A stretch of 63,793 nucleotides of DNA, the filler included, from Octopus bimaculoides (lineage: Eukaryota): the NCBI RefSeq assembly GCF_001194135.2. It is 12 parts of 10 records of this genome, joined end to end, with 100 filler letters (N's around TTAATTAATTAA, not from the genome) between each part and the next. Parts side by side here need not be neighbours in the genome. Positions count along the whole stretch, not along the records: positions 1 to 12,502 come from NC_068983.1; 11 more parts are not named here. One strand, 5' to 3'. The notes under the pieces were generated by a model, which saw nothing but the letters and a program-made list of their open reading frames with translations, searched no databases and was not told where the DNA came from. The position numbers and the translations under genes are program-made. Shown here one piece after another: positions 1 through 12,602 of this stretch. Each line of letters opens with the position of its first letter. The first letter of the stretch is position 1.

Positions 1-194
1 ATTTGAGCCATTGACCTGTGGAAATTGTACCTATCCAGGCTTTCGGCTATTAGATCATTTGCTGGTGATCCTTTGGCCAGGTTCCATGCTTGTACAAGAA
101 GGCGAACGTCTTCCAGTTGCCAGTTTCGGCGCATCTTCATCTTCTTGTTAGCCTCAACTTGGCGCTGTACAAAGTTTCGTCTGCTGGTATCCAT
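1..194 (-). CDS. Candidate Myb/SANT-like (trihelix/MADF-type) domain ORF, open off the left window edge
   Basis: Manual translation from ATG at 194 (context cactATGg): MDTSRRNFVQRQVEANKKMKMRRNWQLEDVRLLVQAWNLAKGSPANDLIAESLDRYNFHRSMAQ, 64 codons with no stop before base 1. RxNWxxEDVxLLVxAW...IAxxL....RSxxQ resembles the Myb/SANT-like pattern. Family assignment is by eye only. Confidence 0.4.
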   Translation of the reverse strand, partial: MDTSRRNFVQRQVEANKKMKMRRNWQLEDVRLLVQAWNLAKGSPANDLIAESLDRYNFHRSMAQ

Positions 195-202
195 AGTGCA
201 CG

Positions 203-241
<39 letters not shown>

Positions 242-310
242 NNNNNNNNNNNNNNNNNNNNNNNNNNNNNNNNNNNNNNNNNNNNNNNNNNNNNNNNNNN
301 NNNNNNNNNN

Positions 311-358
<48 letters not shown>

Positions 359-444
359 ATATGTTAAATATATATACTATATATATAATATATTATATAT
401 TATATATATACTATATATAATATATATATATATATTTTATATAT

Positions 445-510
<66 letters not shown>

Positions 511-659
511 AGGTTTGGAGGTGATGTACAGGAATTATATTATAGAAAAAAATTACATATATATATAGACACTTGACAAGACCCTTAACCCATTGGGAGA
601 CGTAGGGTCGCTACACTCATGCAGCGCATGTAGACTGGCTGAGCTCACCCCTCTCCAGG

Positions 660-797
660 CTACACTCATTTCTACAGCTGATTGAACTGGATCAACATGA
701 AATGAAATGTTTTGCTCTGGAACTCATCGGTTCAGGAATCGAAACCACAACCTTACGATCGTAGGTTCAATATCCTAACCACCAAGCCTCGCGACCC
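660..797 (-). mobile_element. tRNA-derived SINE, family C-like head, degenerate
   Basis: Minus strand GGCTTGGTGGTTAGG (A box)...GGTTTCGATTCC (B box), followed by the same central segment as the 9895 copy. Confidence 0.65.
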
Positions 798-1769
798 CAC
801 ACACACGTACACACCTACACTCACCCTCACACAGATATATTTGATTTGATTTAAAAAAGCATTTAATTTCTTTTGTCATTTAAATATAAATGTGGTTCTT
901 TTCCATACGGCTTCGTAACTGATTTTATTTCGAAAATACCATACACTCGTTCCCGTTTTCATTTTAATTTATCTACTAATTATTCTAGGAAAATGTATTC
1001 ATACAAAATGTGTAAAAAGTTGTTAACCTCTCATTTACTTATGATAAATTTGAGTTATGGACCCTCTTTAAAATGAATAGTTATTCAGTTTAAGCTTTCC
1101 ATGTGGATTAGCCCGCATCTCAGTGGGCTAAATTGGGATAATCATTTCTCGCTTTTCATTAGCCTATGTATTAATTTCCCTCTTCCCACCTGTATATTAT
1201 TGTATTCTTTTCCTCGGAAACTGTAATTCTGTCTCCTTCACAAATTACTATTTTAATTCTGATGTAGCTAACTGTTTTTTTTAAATCATACATTCTAAAG
1301 CGGGTTTGTATTTTTTATAAGATGTCTCTAATATTTTACATGTCTGGAGATAAAATGTGTAATCGCTTTGCTTTGTTAGTGTCGTTATGTCTGTGCTCTC
1401 ACTGTCACGTATGCTGATGATTTGCCATCGGCTGTTTATCCTGTTTGTAGTTTTGTAGTTAAATACAGTTACTAAAATAGAAAAAAGTATATATATATTC
1501 TACTGCGTGAACGTTGTAGCTTATTTGGGACATGAGATAGAAAAATATGTATGTGAATAAAAAGCATGAGTAATAATAGGCAGCTGTCAGATGGTTGCAT
1601 TGGCGTAAAATGCGAAATATAAGGAAAATGAATTCAGTATATATATATATATATATATATNNNNNNNNNNNNNNNNNNNNNNNNNNNNNNNNNNNNNNNN
1701 NNNNNNNNNNNNNNNNNNNNNNNNNNNNNNNNNNNNNNNNNNNNNNNNNNNNNNNNNNNNNNNNNNNNN

Positions 1770-1808
<39 letters not shown>

Positions 1809-1821
1809 CGTGCGTGTGTGT

Positions 1822-1857
<36 letters not shown>

Positions 1858-2467
1858 TGACATATAAGAATGGAGTTAGGAAATAATTTTAATAGTTCGT
1901 TCACAATCGTTTGATCGTTATTCAGTATAACCATTTGGGCAACTATTGATTAATTTTCTTATGGTATGTATGATTTCTTTTATATCACATGCTGGAAATG
2001 ATACTTCAGAACTCCGTAAGCAATAATATTTTGATTGATTTTGCTATCTCGCAAATAAATACATTGCAAAATAGGTGGCTCTCCGTGAAAGAGGAATAAG
2101 CAATACAGAGAACCAAATAGAAGAAAGAGGAGTCGATAGAATTAAGAAAGCTAATTATCTTCTTTCCATGTAGACAATTTTGTTCAGCTGTATTGTCTAC
2201 TATAAATCAGAAGTCAAGATGTCCTGGCTCTGACAATTTCGAATTTTACTGTCACTGCGGCTTCTTTCTTTTACATTCACATCATACTCTTTGTCTAGGC
2301 TTTATATGAGACAATTTTTCATTGAACCCGATACCATAAATAAATTTGCTCCCCAAACAACTACTTTGTTCATCTACACACGTACATACTTTTCATATAT
2401 TCATATGAAAGAAAAAAAAGCTGTAATTCTCTCTCTCACACACATATAGTACGCATGTATATATATA

Positions 2468-2660
2468 CGAGGGTGTGCTGAAAAAGTGCCTGGCTTTAAG
2501 GGTATCATGAAATGCCAAGCTGGAGCCCAAAGCTTCCGAGTATTTTTACAGGGGTTAGAAGGACCGCTGCAATCTGTGTGAATCTGAAAGGGGAATATTT
2601 TGAATAAAATCATAATTAACTGGTCCTCCTGTATTTTCTTTTGCGTAAACCCAGGAACTC
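2468..2660 (+). mobile_element. Non-autonomous mariner-derived element, right TIR truncated
   Basis: TA|CGAGGGTGTGCTGAAAAAGTGCCTGGCTTTAA left end. The right end GTAAACCCAGGAACT is its partial reverse complement (12/15). Internal CVNLKGEYFE* matches a mariner transposase C-terminus. Confidence 0.6.
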
Positions 2661-3167
2661 TAATCTTATGTATATAAAATGATAGCAAGTGTATAGAGTT
2701 CGAAATAGCATGCGTCTGCCAGATTTTCGAATCCGTGTGTAACCGAGTCCGTAAGAAAGCCAGTCACCGTATTTTGTCATGAAGAAAATACCTCGCTGTA
2801 GACAAATAGATGTAAATAGATGTAAATGCACCAAGTTAGCTCACAACGGCCCCGAATCAAACAGTGTAAGAAATTTTCTCCATCACAAAATCCAATGAAT
2901 GACTTTCTTTTTGTAATAGTGCTTGTAGCTCTAACTATATCTTCATATTTATTACGGAATTCTCCATCCGATAAATAATAAATACAGAACGCTTTTAATT
3001 AATTACTTTAAACAACTTTTTTATATCAATAACTTTAAATAAATAGAAGAGTTATTATATATTAAAACTATGATTATCATCTATATCTTTTTACACGTTT
3101 TATTACAGTTTCTAGATTAAATAAGACCCTAATACTAATTATATATAAATTTTCTGTCCGTTTGATA

Positions 3168-3794
3168 TCAATGTGCGGTTGTGCAATGTGTGATTTCGTA
3201 TGTTACTTCAGCCCAGCCCAACTGAGACAAATCTTTCTCCATTCATCACATATAAGATCATCACGTCTATTAATACTTGTTAGAACATCATTCCTGTCAC
3301 TTTTTCTCATCTTTTTCTTGATCTTTGCCTGCTACATCCTCTTCCTTTCGAATTCATTTTTGCTTTCATGCTTTCATGCACAATTTTTTTTTCCATTTTT
3401 CGCGGCAATCAGCTAAATCTTCCCAGTTGTCAATTGGTACGTTTATCTTATACAATCCCGATTTCAGTCAATTTTTGTACCTCATCATTGGTTTGTGGGA
3501 CGGACACTTACCTGTCTCCAATTCTCTGTAAAAAACGTTCTTTAGGCATTCTGTTGTCTCTCATTCTTACTAATTGGCCACTCCATAACAATCTGTACTG
3601 CAATAACAAATCTTCAATATTGAGGCATTTCCCTCTTTCAAGCTCTTCTCCCTTTTTCTTTCTTTTCCCTCTTTCCCCCTTTCATGCACCTCACTGTCAC
3701 TCAGAAATATTTTCCAGCTGATCCTCAAAATCCTTCTGAGACATTGTTTCTGAAAATGTTCCTCAAGTTTTAAGTGCTTACGATACACAGTCCG
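3168..3794 (-). mobile_element. RTE (BovB-like) LINE 3' fragment, frameshifted, with C-terminal zinc-finger remnant
   Basis: Stitched minus-strand translation: [35 protein letters not shown].../NIEDLLLQYRLLWSGQLVRMRDNRMPKE/FYRELETGKCPSHKPMMRYKN*LKS.../LICDEWRKICLSWAGLK*HTKSH. This is the typical RTE post-RT region. Confidence 0.8.
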
Positions 3795-3799
3795 TATAT

Positions 3800-4285
<486 letters not shown>

Positions 4286-5648
4286 CGCTAATGCTTTCTG
4301 AAGATATCTGCTGACAGTAAATTTCCAGTAGTGAATGAAACGTAAGGTCATCGAAGAAATTAATTAAAAATAAAAGTAACAAAAGAATAAGAATTCTTGT
4401 GAAAGGAAATGGAGAAATGTAAAAATGTCAAGCAATCAATAAAATAAGAAAGTTAAAAGGGAAGAAAGGTTTGGTGTATAAGAAAACGAGATAGAAATAT
4501 AGAGACACAGAAACAATGAATGGAAGAAAAGAACATGTACACATACTGATGCAGACATCTACAAATTGTAACAGTTGCTTCAGAGGAAAACTATTCTTAT
4601 TTATTTGACATTAACTCACGCTATTTTCCAGTTTTGCATATTAAGCTTTTGGTCTTTGTATATTTTATCCTCTGTCTAAAGTTAAACGATGACATTTGTA
4701 TTGATTTTGTATGCACATAGCGAATTCATTAAAGTTAGAATTATCGTTGAAAAACGTGTGTTGACATTTCCGTTTTATCTACTATTTAATTTTCTATTTG
4801 AGTTAAGAGACGCAGATGACTTGGTCCAGAGGGAGAGGGAGAGTGTGGGGGGGGGGGAGAAAAAGAAAAAAAAAGAAAGAAAGAAAGAAAGAAAGGGAGA
4901 GTATCAGACAACGGTATGTATCTTATTTTGCGTGTTTTATTTTTGATCTTGTCCAGCTAGCTGTTAACATATATCGGATGCCAGAGATATCTGCGTGAAT
5001 GCGGTCTTAGAATGCTGTAAACAGAGAAAGCACTGACTGTATTACTGATAAAACACCATATCGTAAGCTTACGTTGTTGACTTTTAATTCTGTAGGCAGG
5101 AATAAGAGTAACTTATAACTATTAGAATTAAATGTGAAATATACACAAACAACATGGCGTTTGCGAAATAGTTTACTATTGTATTCGTTAATGAAACTTC
5201 TTGCTCAGCGAGTTTGATATTAGATAAAATTTTATTAGTGATATTTGGACCATGTCTTCATTACCATCATGAATTCATTAATAATGTGCATTAGATCGTG
5301 GAGCAACTACTGTCAACGCTATCTTTATATAGTGCATCGGGGATAAATAACACTTTTGAGTAGGCCGTGTACAGACAGCCTCATTACCTTACTAAGCTTC
5401 TGGTTGATTTTAGCACAACATCGAAACTGGGTGAAGGAACATTTATATTACAGACTGTATCAGGTTACCTCTAGCCTGAAGAGATGAACTGCGCCTTCTG
5501 ATGATACAAACACATCAAGGACATCTTCACATAGTCAGTCGGTCTCCTAGAAATAGCAGCCAAATCTCTCTCACTCAAACCAACTACACCCTAAGGTTGA
5601 TCCATGCTTTGTGTGGGAATTTTGCCGATAGAAACTGTGCAGAAGCAA

Positions 5649-5880
5649 GGCGGAGAGCTGGCAGAAACGTTAGCGCGCCGGGCGAAAGGCTTAGCGGTTT
5701 TTCGTCTGCCGTTACGTTCTGAGTTCAAGTTCCACCGAGGTCGACTTTGCCTTTCATCCTTTCGGGGTCGATTAAATAAGTACCAGTTACGCACTGGGAT
5801 CGATATAATCGACTTAATCCGTTTGTCTGTCCTTATTTGTCCCCCTCTGTGTGTAGCCCCGTGTGGGCAGTAAAGAAATA
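5649..5880 (+). mobile_element. SINE family A (tRNA head, Deu/Nin-domain-like core), full length, 17-bp TSD
   Basis: GAGCTGGCAGAAACG...GAGTTCAAGTTCC box; core GTCGACTTTGCCTTTCATCCTTTCGGGGTCGATTAAATAAGTACC; TSD AGAAACTGTGCAGAAGC at 5630-5646 and 5881-5897. Confidence 0.9.
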
Positions 5881-5989
5881 AGAAACTGTGCAGAAGCTCG
5901 TCAGATATATGTATATATAGATTTATATAGGTGCGTGTGTGTGTGTGCGTGCGTGTGTGTTTGTCATCCTCAACACTTGACGATATTCT

Positions 5990-6051
5990 CGTATCGACCA
6001 AAGACTTGCGTGTGGATTTCGGAGACGGAAACTGAAAGAAGCCCGTCGTAA

Positions 6052-6098
<47 letters not shown>

Positions 6099-6300
6099 TC
6101 CTCCACTACCACTTTACTATTGGTATTGGTGTGTTTACATTCCGTAACTTAGCGGTTCAGCAAAAGTGACCAATAGAATACGCACCAGGTTTTAAAAAAA
6201 GTTAGCACTGGGGGGAGGGGGTTCAATTGATTTGACTAAAATCCTTCAAGGTGGTGCCGTGGCATGGTCGCATTCTAATGGCTGAAACAAGCAAAAAAAA
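5990..6300 (+). mobile_element. SINE family B, central and 3' part
   Basis: GGAAACTGAAAGAAGCCCGTCG, a microsatellite, then GGTGTGTTTACATTCCGTAACTTAGCGGTTC...GAAACAAG, matching the 55951 copy. Confidence 0.7.
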
Positions 6301-7208
6301 ATAACTGATAATAAAATAAAAGAACCATAACCTCAAGAAAAAAAAAAGAAAAGAAAATATCGACGCTTTTTTCCCGCTATGTCACAAAATCATTACTTGG
6401 CGTTACAGAATACAAGAACAAAAACGATAACGGAAAGAACGGAAATTGGCGATAAATTTATCGTCTAACAAATAACAGGTTTAGTGCAGTCTTGAATGAG
6501 TTAACAGAGAAAAACCAAAGTAAACAAAAGAAAGCTAAGAGCAAAAGTAGAAACAGCGTCTTTCCTTTGAATGGGGAAGAAAAATGACTGTTAAAATGTA
6601 AAATCAACTTGTCTTAGGTGAGATTGTATGCTATCAATATCGCTCAACGCTGTCACTGTTCTTTGGGGACTTCGCTTTCTTTCTTCGGGCTAACTGGCTG
6701 GAAATTAGATTCCAAAGCGTAAGGTCAAGTTAATGATAGACACTAAACAGACAAGAAGACATTGACAAATAGTTAGGTTTCATCAACAATTAACCTGAGG
6801 CCACACAAAGAATTCATGTCCTGAATATATCTAACTTGAACTGGATTCCGAGTGAATTTTTATTTTCGACATCATACCCAACAATACATGTACGTCTTGA
6901 CATTATTGGCAACTCTTCTTGGCTATTTTTCATTCTTTTTTTCTCTTCTTAGTAATAAATCGCTATCTCTCTTAAAGTAAAGGAGAAGGGAAAAGATTGT
7001 GGTGTTTATGTCATGTTTTAGGCAGTGTTATTAACATTGTATCTGAACTGATATCGTTTTACCAAAATATTGAATTCTGGCATACGTATAAGGCTAAAAG
7101 TTATGGGAAAGCGTTTAAACCATTGTGGTACACTCCGGTACTTGACTGGTACTTTCGAAAACAGCTTAGAACCATAAATATTGCTGAACTTTATACATTA
7201 AACGACAA

Positions 7209-7650
7209 GCTGGGATAATCGTTACCGCGCCGGGCAAAAGGCTTAGCGGAATTTCGTCTGTCTTTATGTTCTGAGTTGAAATTCCGGCGAGGTCGACTTT
7301 GTCTTTCATCATTTCGGGGTCGATAAAATAAGTACCAGTTGCATACTGGGGTCGATCTGATTGACTAACCTCTCCCCCCAAAAAAAATTTCGGGCCTTGT
7401 GCCTAGAGTAGAAAAGAATATTTATTAAACCCTAGGGTAGTGAGCTGGCAGAAAAGTTAGCACATAGGACAAGGTGATGAACGGCACTTCTTCCGGCTCT
7501 CCACATTCTGAGTTCAAATTGCGCCGAGGCTTACTTTACATTTCATTTTTGCACAGTCGATAAAATAAGTACCAGTTGAGAACTGGGATCGATGTAATCG
7601 ACCGAACCTTCCTTCTAAATTGCTGGCCTTGTGCCAAAATTTGAAACCGA
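7209..7650 (+). mobile_element. Two tandem family A SINEs (about 7209-7420 and 7434-7650)
   Basis: Each has the TTCTGAGTT(G/C)AAATT box, the GTCGATAAAATAAGTACCAGTTG core and the GGCCTTGTGCC tail. Confidence 0.8.
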
Positions 7651-8726
7651 TATATACACTAGATTAAGTTTATTAACACAAACTCGTTGTCTTTAATGGC
7701 GGGATGGTATTTATTGACCCTCCAAAGTTTCGAGGGAAAATATCATCCCCTTAGGTTTCAAACAGAGATGAGTAAGGCAACAAATTGAATTATCTATGAA
7801 TTTATGGAAACCTTGTGTATCATTTCTAAAATGCTTGATTAGATACCACATTGTAGAGTTTACAATGTTTAGACAATACAACACTCAAAATATATTTGAT
7901 TACATCTTTCTAAAATCTGTACTTCAAATCCTGCTGTCAGCCAACTTTACTTTACATCCCCGTGAGACTGACAAAACTAAATGTTCGTCAATTTCATTCG
8001 AAAGTAACCATATGCTTAGGGAAATCAATGTTTAGTGAAATGGAAAGAGAAGTTTAAAGTGAAATCAAAGTGATTCGGATAGGAATCGAAACCGGATTTA
8101 ACCCCATAACATCTACTGACGTGAATTTATGTGCGCTGCGCTCTCGCATTGAATCAGATGACGAAAATATACGTAGCCCTATCTGCTGCGGTTTTGTACC
8201 AGTTTCTGTACCAGTTGATATAAATATCTGTTATCGCTCACAGAATCGATAAGAGAGGCCACCGTGCAAATTTCAAGGAATCTGAATAGTTTGTTAGACT
8301 CTTCATGTCAATATTTCCAACTCCGTTCGAGACATTATCAACATTATAGTATAAAAGCAGCAGTTTTGGCGGTTCACCGCATTTCCACTATGCCTATCAA
8401 ATTCATACACGTTCAGCAAATTCTGCTGGTCCTTCACGAAATTTACAGTCGCATCCAGCTACGCCAGGTTCGTTGAATTTACAGTCCTTGCAGTGATGAC
8501 AGTTTACATAAATAAACAATGCATGCTTTAAAATGGGTGACGTAAATATACGCCGAACCGTTGTCGTGCGCTATTCGCTGCTCTCAGTGCATCCTAGTTG
8601 CCTGATAAAAAAAAAAAACGATGTCATGGGGTTAATAATGCAATGGAAGATGCATGTTAGAGTTATTTGGCGTTACTCATTCACGGTTGATTTCTTTGAC
8701 GGACGTTTTAATATTTTTCTCACTTT

Positions 8727-9150
8727 AGGTGGCGAGCTGACAGAAACGTTAGCGCGCTGGACGAAATGCTTAGCGGTATTTCGTCTGCCGTTACGTTCTG
8801 AGTTCAAATTCCGCCGAGGTCGACTTTGCATTTTCTCTTTTCGGGGTCGATTAAATAAGTACCAGTTACGCACTGGACACGATCTAATCGATTTAATTCT
8901 TTTGACTGTCCTTGTTTGTCCCCTCTACGTTTAGCCCCTTGTAGGCAATAAAGAAATAAGAAACGTTAGCACGCTGGGCGAAGTGCATAGTGGTATTTCG
9001 TCTGCCGTTACGTTCTGAGTTCAAATTCTGTCAAAATCGACTTTGCCTTTAATCCTTTCGGGGTCGATAAATTAAATACCAGTTGCGTACTGGGGTTGAT
9101 CTTATCTACTGGCTCAAAATTTCGGGACTTGTTCTTAGAGTAGAATAGAA
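8727..9150 (+). mobile_element. Family A SINE head-to-tail dimer
   Basis: AGAAACGTTAGC occurs at 8742 and 8959. The second unit lacks the first ~15 nt and has a different tail. Confidence 0.85.
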
Positions 9151-9798
9151 TATTTCTCTCGTTCATACTTTCCACCTTTTCTGTCTCTCTTTATATATGT
9201 GAGCATATTTCCAATTATGCATATGAGGAGAGGAAACCTGTTTATATGAATAGCGTTCAACTAACAAATTGTAATGTCTTTTCTCACCCGTCTCCTTTTC
9301 TTTCCTTCTGTCTGCTTGTGTATATTTTAGGCAGTGCGCATGTATGCGTTTGCCTCCAGGGCTAAAACGTACTGTCGTCAAAACAGGCTGAATGCCCAGC
9401 TGTAACAGATCGCCAATCTTCAAAAAGCTGTGCCAAGTTGTGTCATTCCGCCAAAATTTTCAGAGGAAAAGACGGTTTCATTCAGAGTTCGAATTCCTTA
9501 GAAGACAACATTTCCTTTGATCTGGAAAATATGTCTGAGCAAAATAATGGTAAAAATATAACGGATCTCCACAATTTGCTATGTGTAAATGTAAGAAATT
9601 ATTATTAAGACTACTATAAAGGCAACAGTATGGCGTTAAAAGCGTTGGAGGAATTCTTTAGAGTATTTCTTCTGGCTCTTCATATTCTGAGACCAAATCC
9701 CGCTGAAATGAACTGTGCCTTTTAGACTGCTGGGATCGATAAAATACGTTATCATTCGAATAAATGAATGTATATATGCATGTATGTATGTATGTATG

Positions 9799-9869
<71 letters not shown>

Positions 9870-9894
9870 TATCTATCTATAATATGGTTATGAT

Positions 9895-10212
9895 GACGCG
9901 TAGCTTGGTGGCTTCGGTATTTGGCTTACGATCGTAAGATCGTGTGTTCAAATTCCAGCGGCACGCTGTGTCTTTGAGCAAGATATTTTATTTCCCGTTT
10001 TTCATTTTTCCAATCGACTCAAAATGGGTTGTGCCTATTATTCAAAGGGACAGCCTTGTCACATTCTGTGTGACAGTGAATCTCCCGGAGAAATACTTTA
10101 AAGTTACGCATCTCTGAAGAGGGCTCAGCCATTTGTACGTTAATTTCACGAGCAGGCTGTTTGGTTGATCGGATCAAATGGAAAACTCATAGTCGTAACC
10201 GACGGAGAACCA
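9895..10212 (+). mobile_element. SINE family C, near full length
   Basis: tRNA-like head (TAGCTTGGTGG...GTTCAAATTCC), central GTGTCTTTGAGCAAGATATTT, tail ...TTAATTTCACGAGCAGGCTG...GTCGTAACCGACGGAG. Confidence 0.8.
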
Positions 10213-10784
10213 GGCCAACGTGTTTCATGATTTTCGGTGAGTAATAAGATTAAAAACAGCTTTTCAATAAGATGCGATTTGGTTACTTGAAAACCTCATA
10301 TAATTTCGAGTTCAGTTGCGTGACGGCACGGAATTTTACCATTGGAAGCTTTGGTCCAACGGCACACAACAAGCGATATTCGTTGAATGCTGTAATAGTT
10401 CATATTTTAGTGTGCTGGATGAGCACCATATAGCATTGATCGAAATCCTGAGGCCATCATCTGTATACAGACACAGAGTAACGCTTTATAAATCCCCTGT
10501 TTTAAGGAAGCATTATCACATTTGCAAACTCAGAATTTTCGAAAACAAGAAAGCTTACGACAGCCACATCAAAATAAACGGCGTCAGTATTCTTAATACA
10601 ACGAGCAGCTTTCGAAAGCGAAGCGCTTTCGAGGCATGCTTAAAGATCTGCAGTTAGATGTATTAGCTATCAGTGAATCTTCTGGCGAAATGAATGGCTT
10701 TTAAATGATAATGCTACATGGAAAGATACAAATCAACGATTTCGATTTAGATAAATTTCGATTTAGATAAATTCTTTGCACGTG

Positions 10785-10827
<43 letters not shown>

Positions 10828-11028
10828 CATATATATTAAATATATACATATATGTGTGTGTGTTTGTGTGTATGTGTGTGTGTGTATGTATGTTTATATA
10901 TACATGTATGTATATATATATATACACAGACACACACACCTTCAGGTATACATGCATATACATATATACATATGTAAATAAATATATAAATAAATCAGGT
11001 GTGTGTATATATATATATGTAACGCCCC

Positions 11029-11065
<37 letters not shown>

Positions 11066-11348
11066 GAACCTAGTCATTGACTTATATTCGCATTGACGTT
11101 TGCTAACTGAACTAAAATATATTCATTTATTCAAAGCTCAAACATTTATATATCATAGTCAGATATCAAGGCCCAGATTAAGCATTATGTTGTTTAATGC
11201 AATTTATCAAGGTTATGCACTGATCTACGTTTTCCTGCTACTTTGTTGACATACGGAGGCAGAGGGTACATACTAATGATAAAATAACTGATGCATATAT
11301 GCATACACACACGCCCATAAAAGATAAAAGAGTGTATTTCTCTGAAAC

Positions 11349-11426
<78 letters not shown>

Positions 11427-11580
11427 ATATCTATCTATATATCTATCTATACACACAAAAGAACATACACATACATTAGGTGTATTCCCTTGGACGTATG
11501 TTCATTTGCATTATATACACACGCGTACACATATATGCACATATGTAATTACGTAGATGCATATAAATATATATACACAT

Positions 11581-11631
<51 letters not shown>

Positions 11632-12043
11632 TACATGCATTTATATATGTATATAAGTGTATATCGTGTAATATATAGTTATGGCTTATAGATATTTACA
11701 TATCTAGCTCTCTACACACGCAGACACACGCACATACAAACACGCAAACACACACACACACGCAGACACAGACACATACACACACACATTTACACGTACG
11801 CATAAATACACACATATATACGATGCAAGATGTGCTGAAACAACTGTCGTGTTTAATAAATTCCTGTATATTCCATCTTCCGCCTCTCATTCGTTATATA
11901 TATGTATATATATGTATGCATGCATACTTGTATACACATTTAATTTTTGAGAGAAAACTATACTGTGAATCAAGATGTAATTATTTATTTTTCTGTTATA
12001 AATACCTTGTGTCACTACTTTCCAGCATTATAACGCACACACG

Positions 12044-12075
<32 letters not shown>

Positions 12076-12470
12076 GATGTCTAATCAATAAATATGCGGA
12101 CTGTTGCCATAGTAACGAAGATAAAGCACGCAGCATAAAGCCTCTTGACAAAGATTGACATTGAACTCTGCTGTGCATGCGCACTAAATTTGAACGTTCT
12201 GGTTCACTTCCGCTGTTTACAGCAGTGCTTGGAAGGAAGGTGTGTAAAGTGTGACAGTCGTATTGAGTTGTACCTGTATTTGAAAGGTCCATTCTTGTTA
12301 CTTTCTGTGTCGCACCGAATCTCCCTGAGAACCCACACTAATGATACACGTGTCAGTGGAGTTCCCAGCCATAAGGTCAATCCAATTAGCTTTTGAGTGT
12401 TATACCATATCTTCGGATCGAGGTCGTATGTATGTATGTATGTATGTATGTATGTATGTATGTATGTATG

Positions 12471-12502
<32 letters not shown>

Positions 12503-12602
12503 NNNNNNNNNNNNNNNNNNNNNNNNNNNNNNNNNNNNNNNNNNNNTTAATTAATTAANNNNNNNNNNNNNNNNNNNNNNNNNNNNNNNNNNNNNNNNNN
12601 NN
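12503..12602. other. Assembly linker gap: 44 N + TTAATTAATTAA + 44 N (11 copies: 12503, 24553, 28392, 34737, 37671, 40622, 44282, 48399, 50804, 59392, 62435)
   Basis: Identical 100-bp structure each time; the 12-mer gives stop codons in all six frames. Confidence 0.95.

Noticed and set aside
8070-8100. GATTC/GAATC hairpin followed by GAAACCGGAT
   Set aside because: No CUGANGA-like core upstream and U16.1 is absent.
9360-9600. Possible exon (CTCCAG acceptor, GTAAGA donor, ~80 open codons)
   Set aside because: All three frames from the acceptor stop early and no protein family was recognised.
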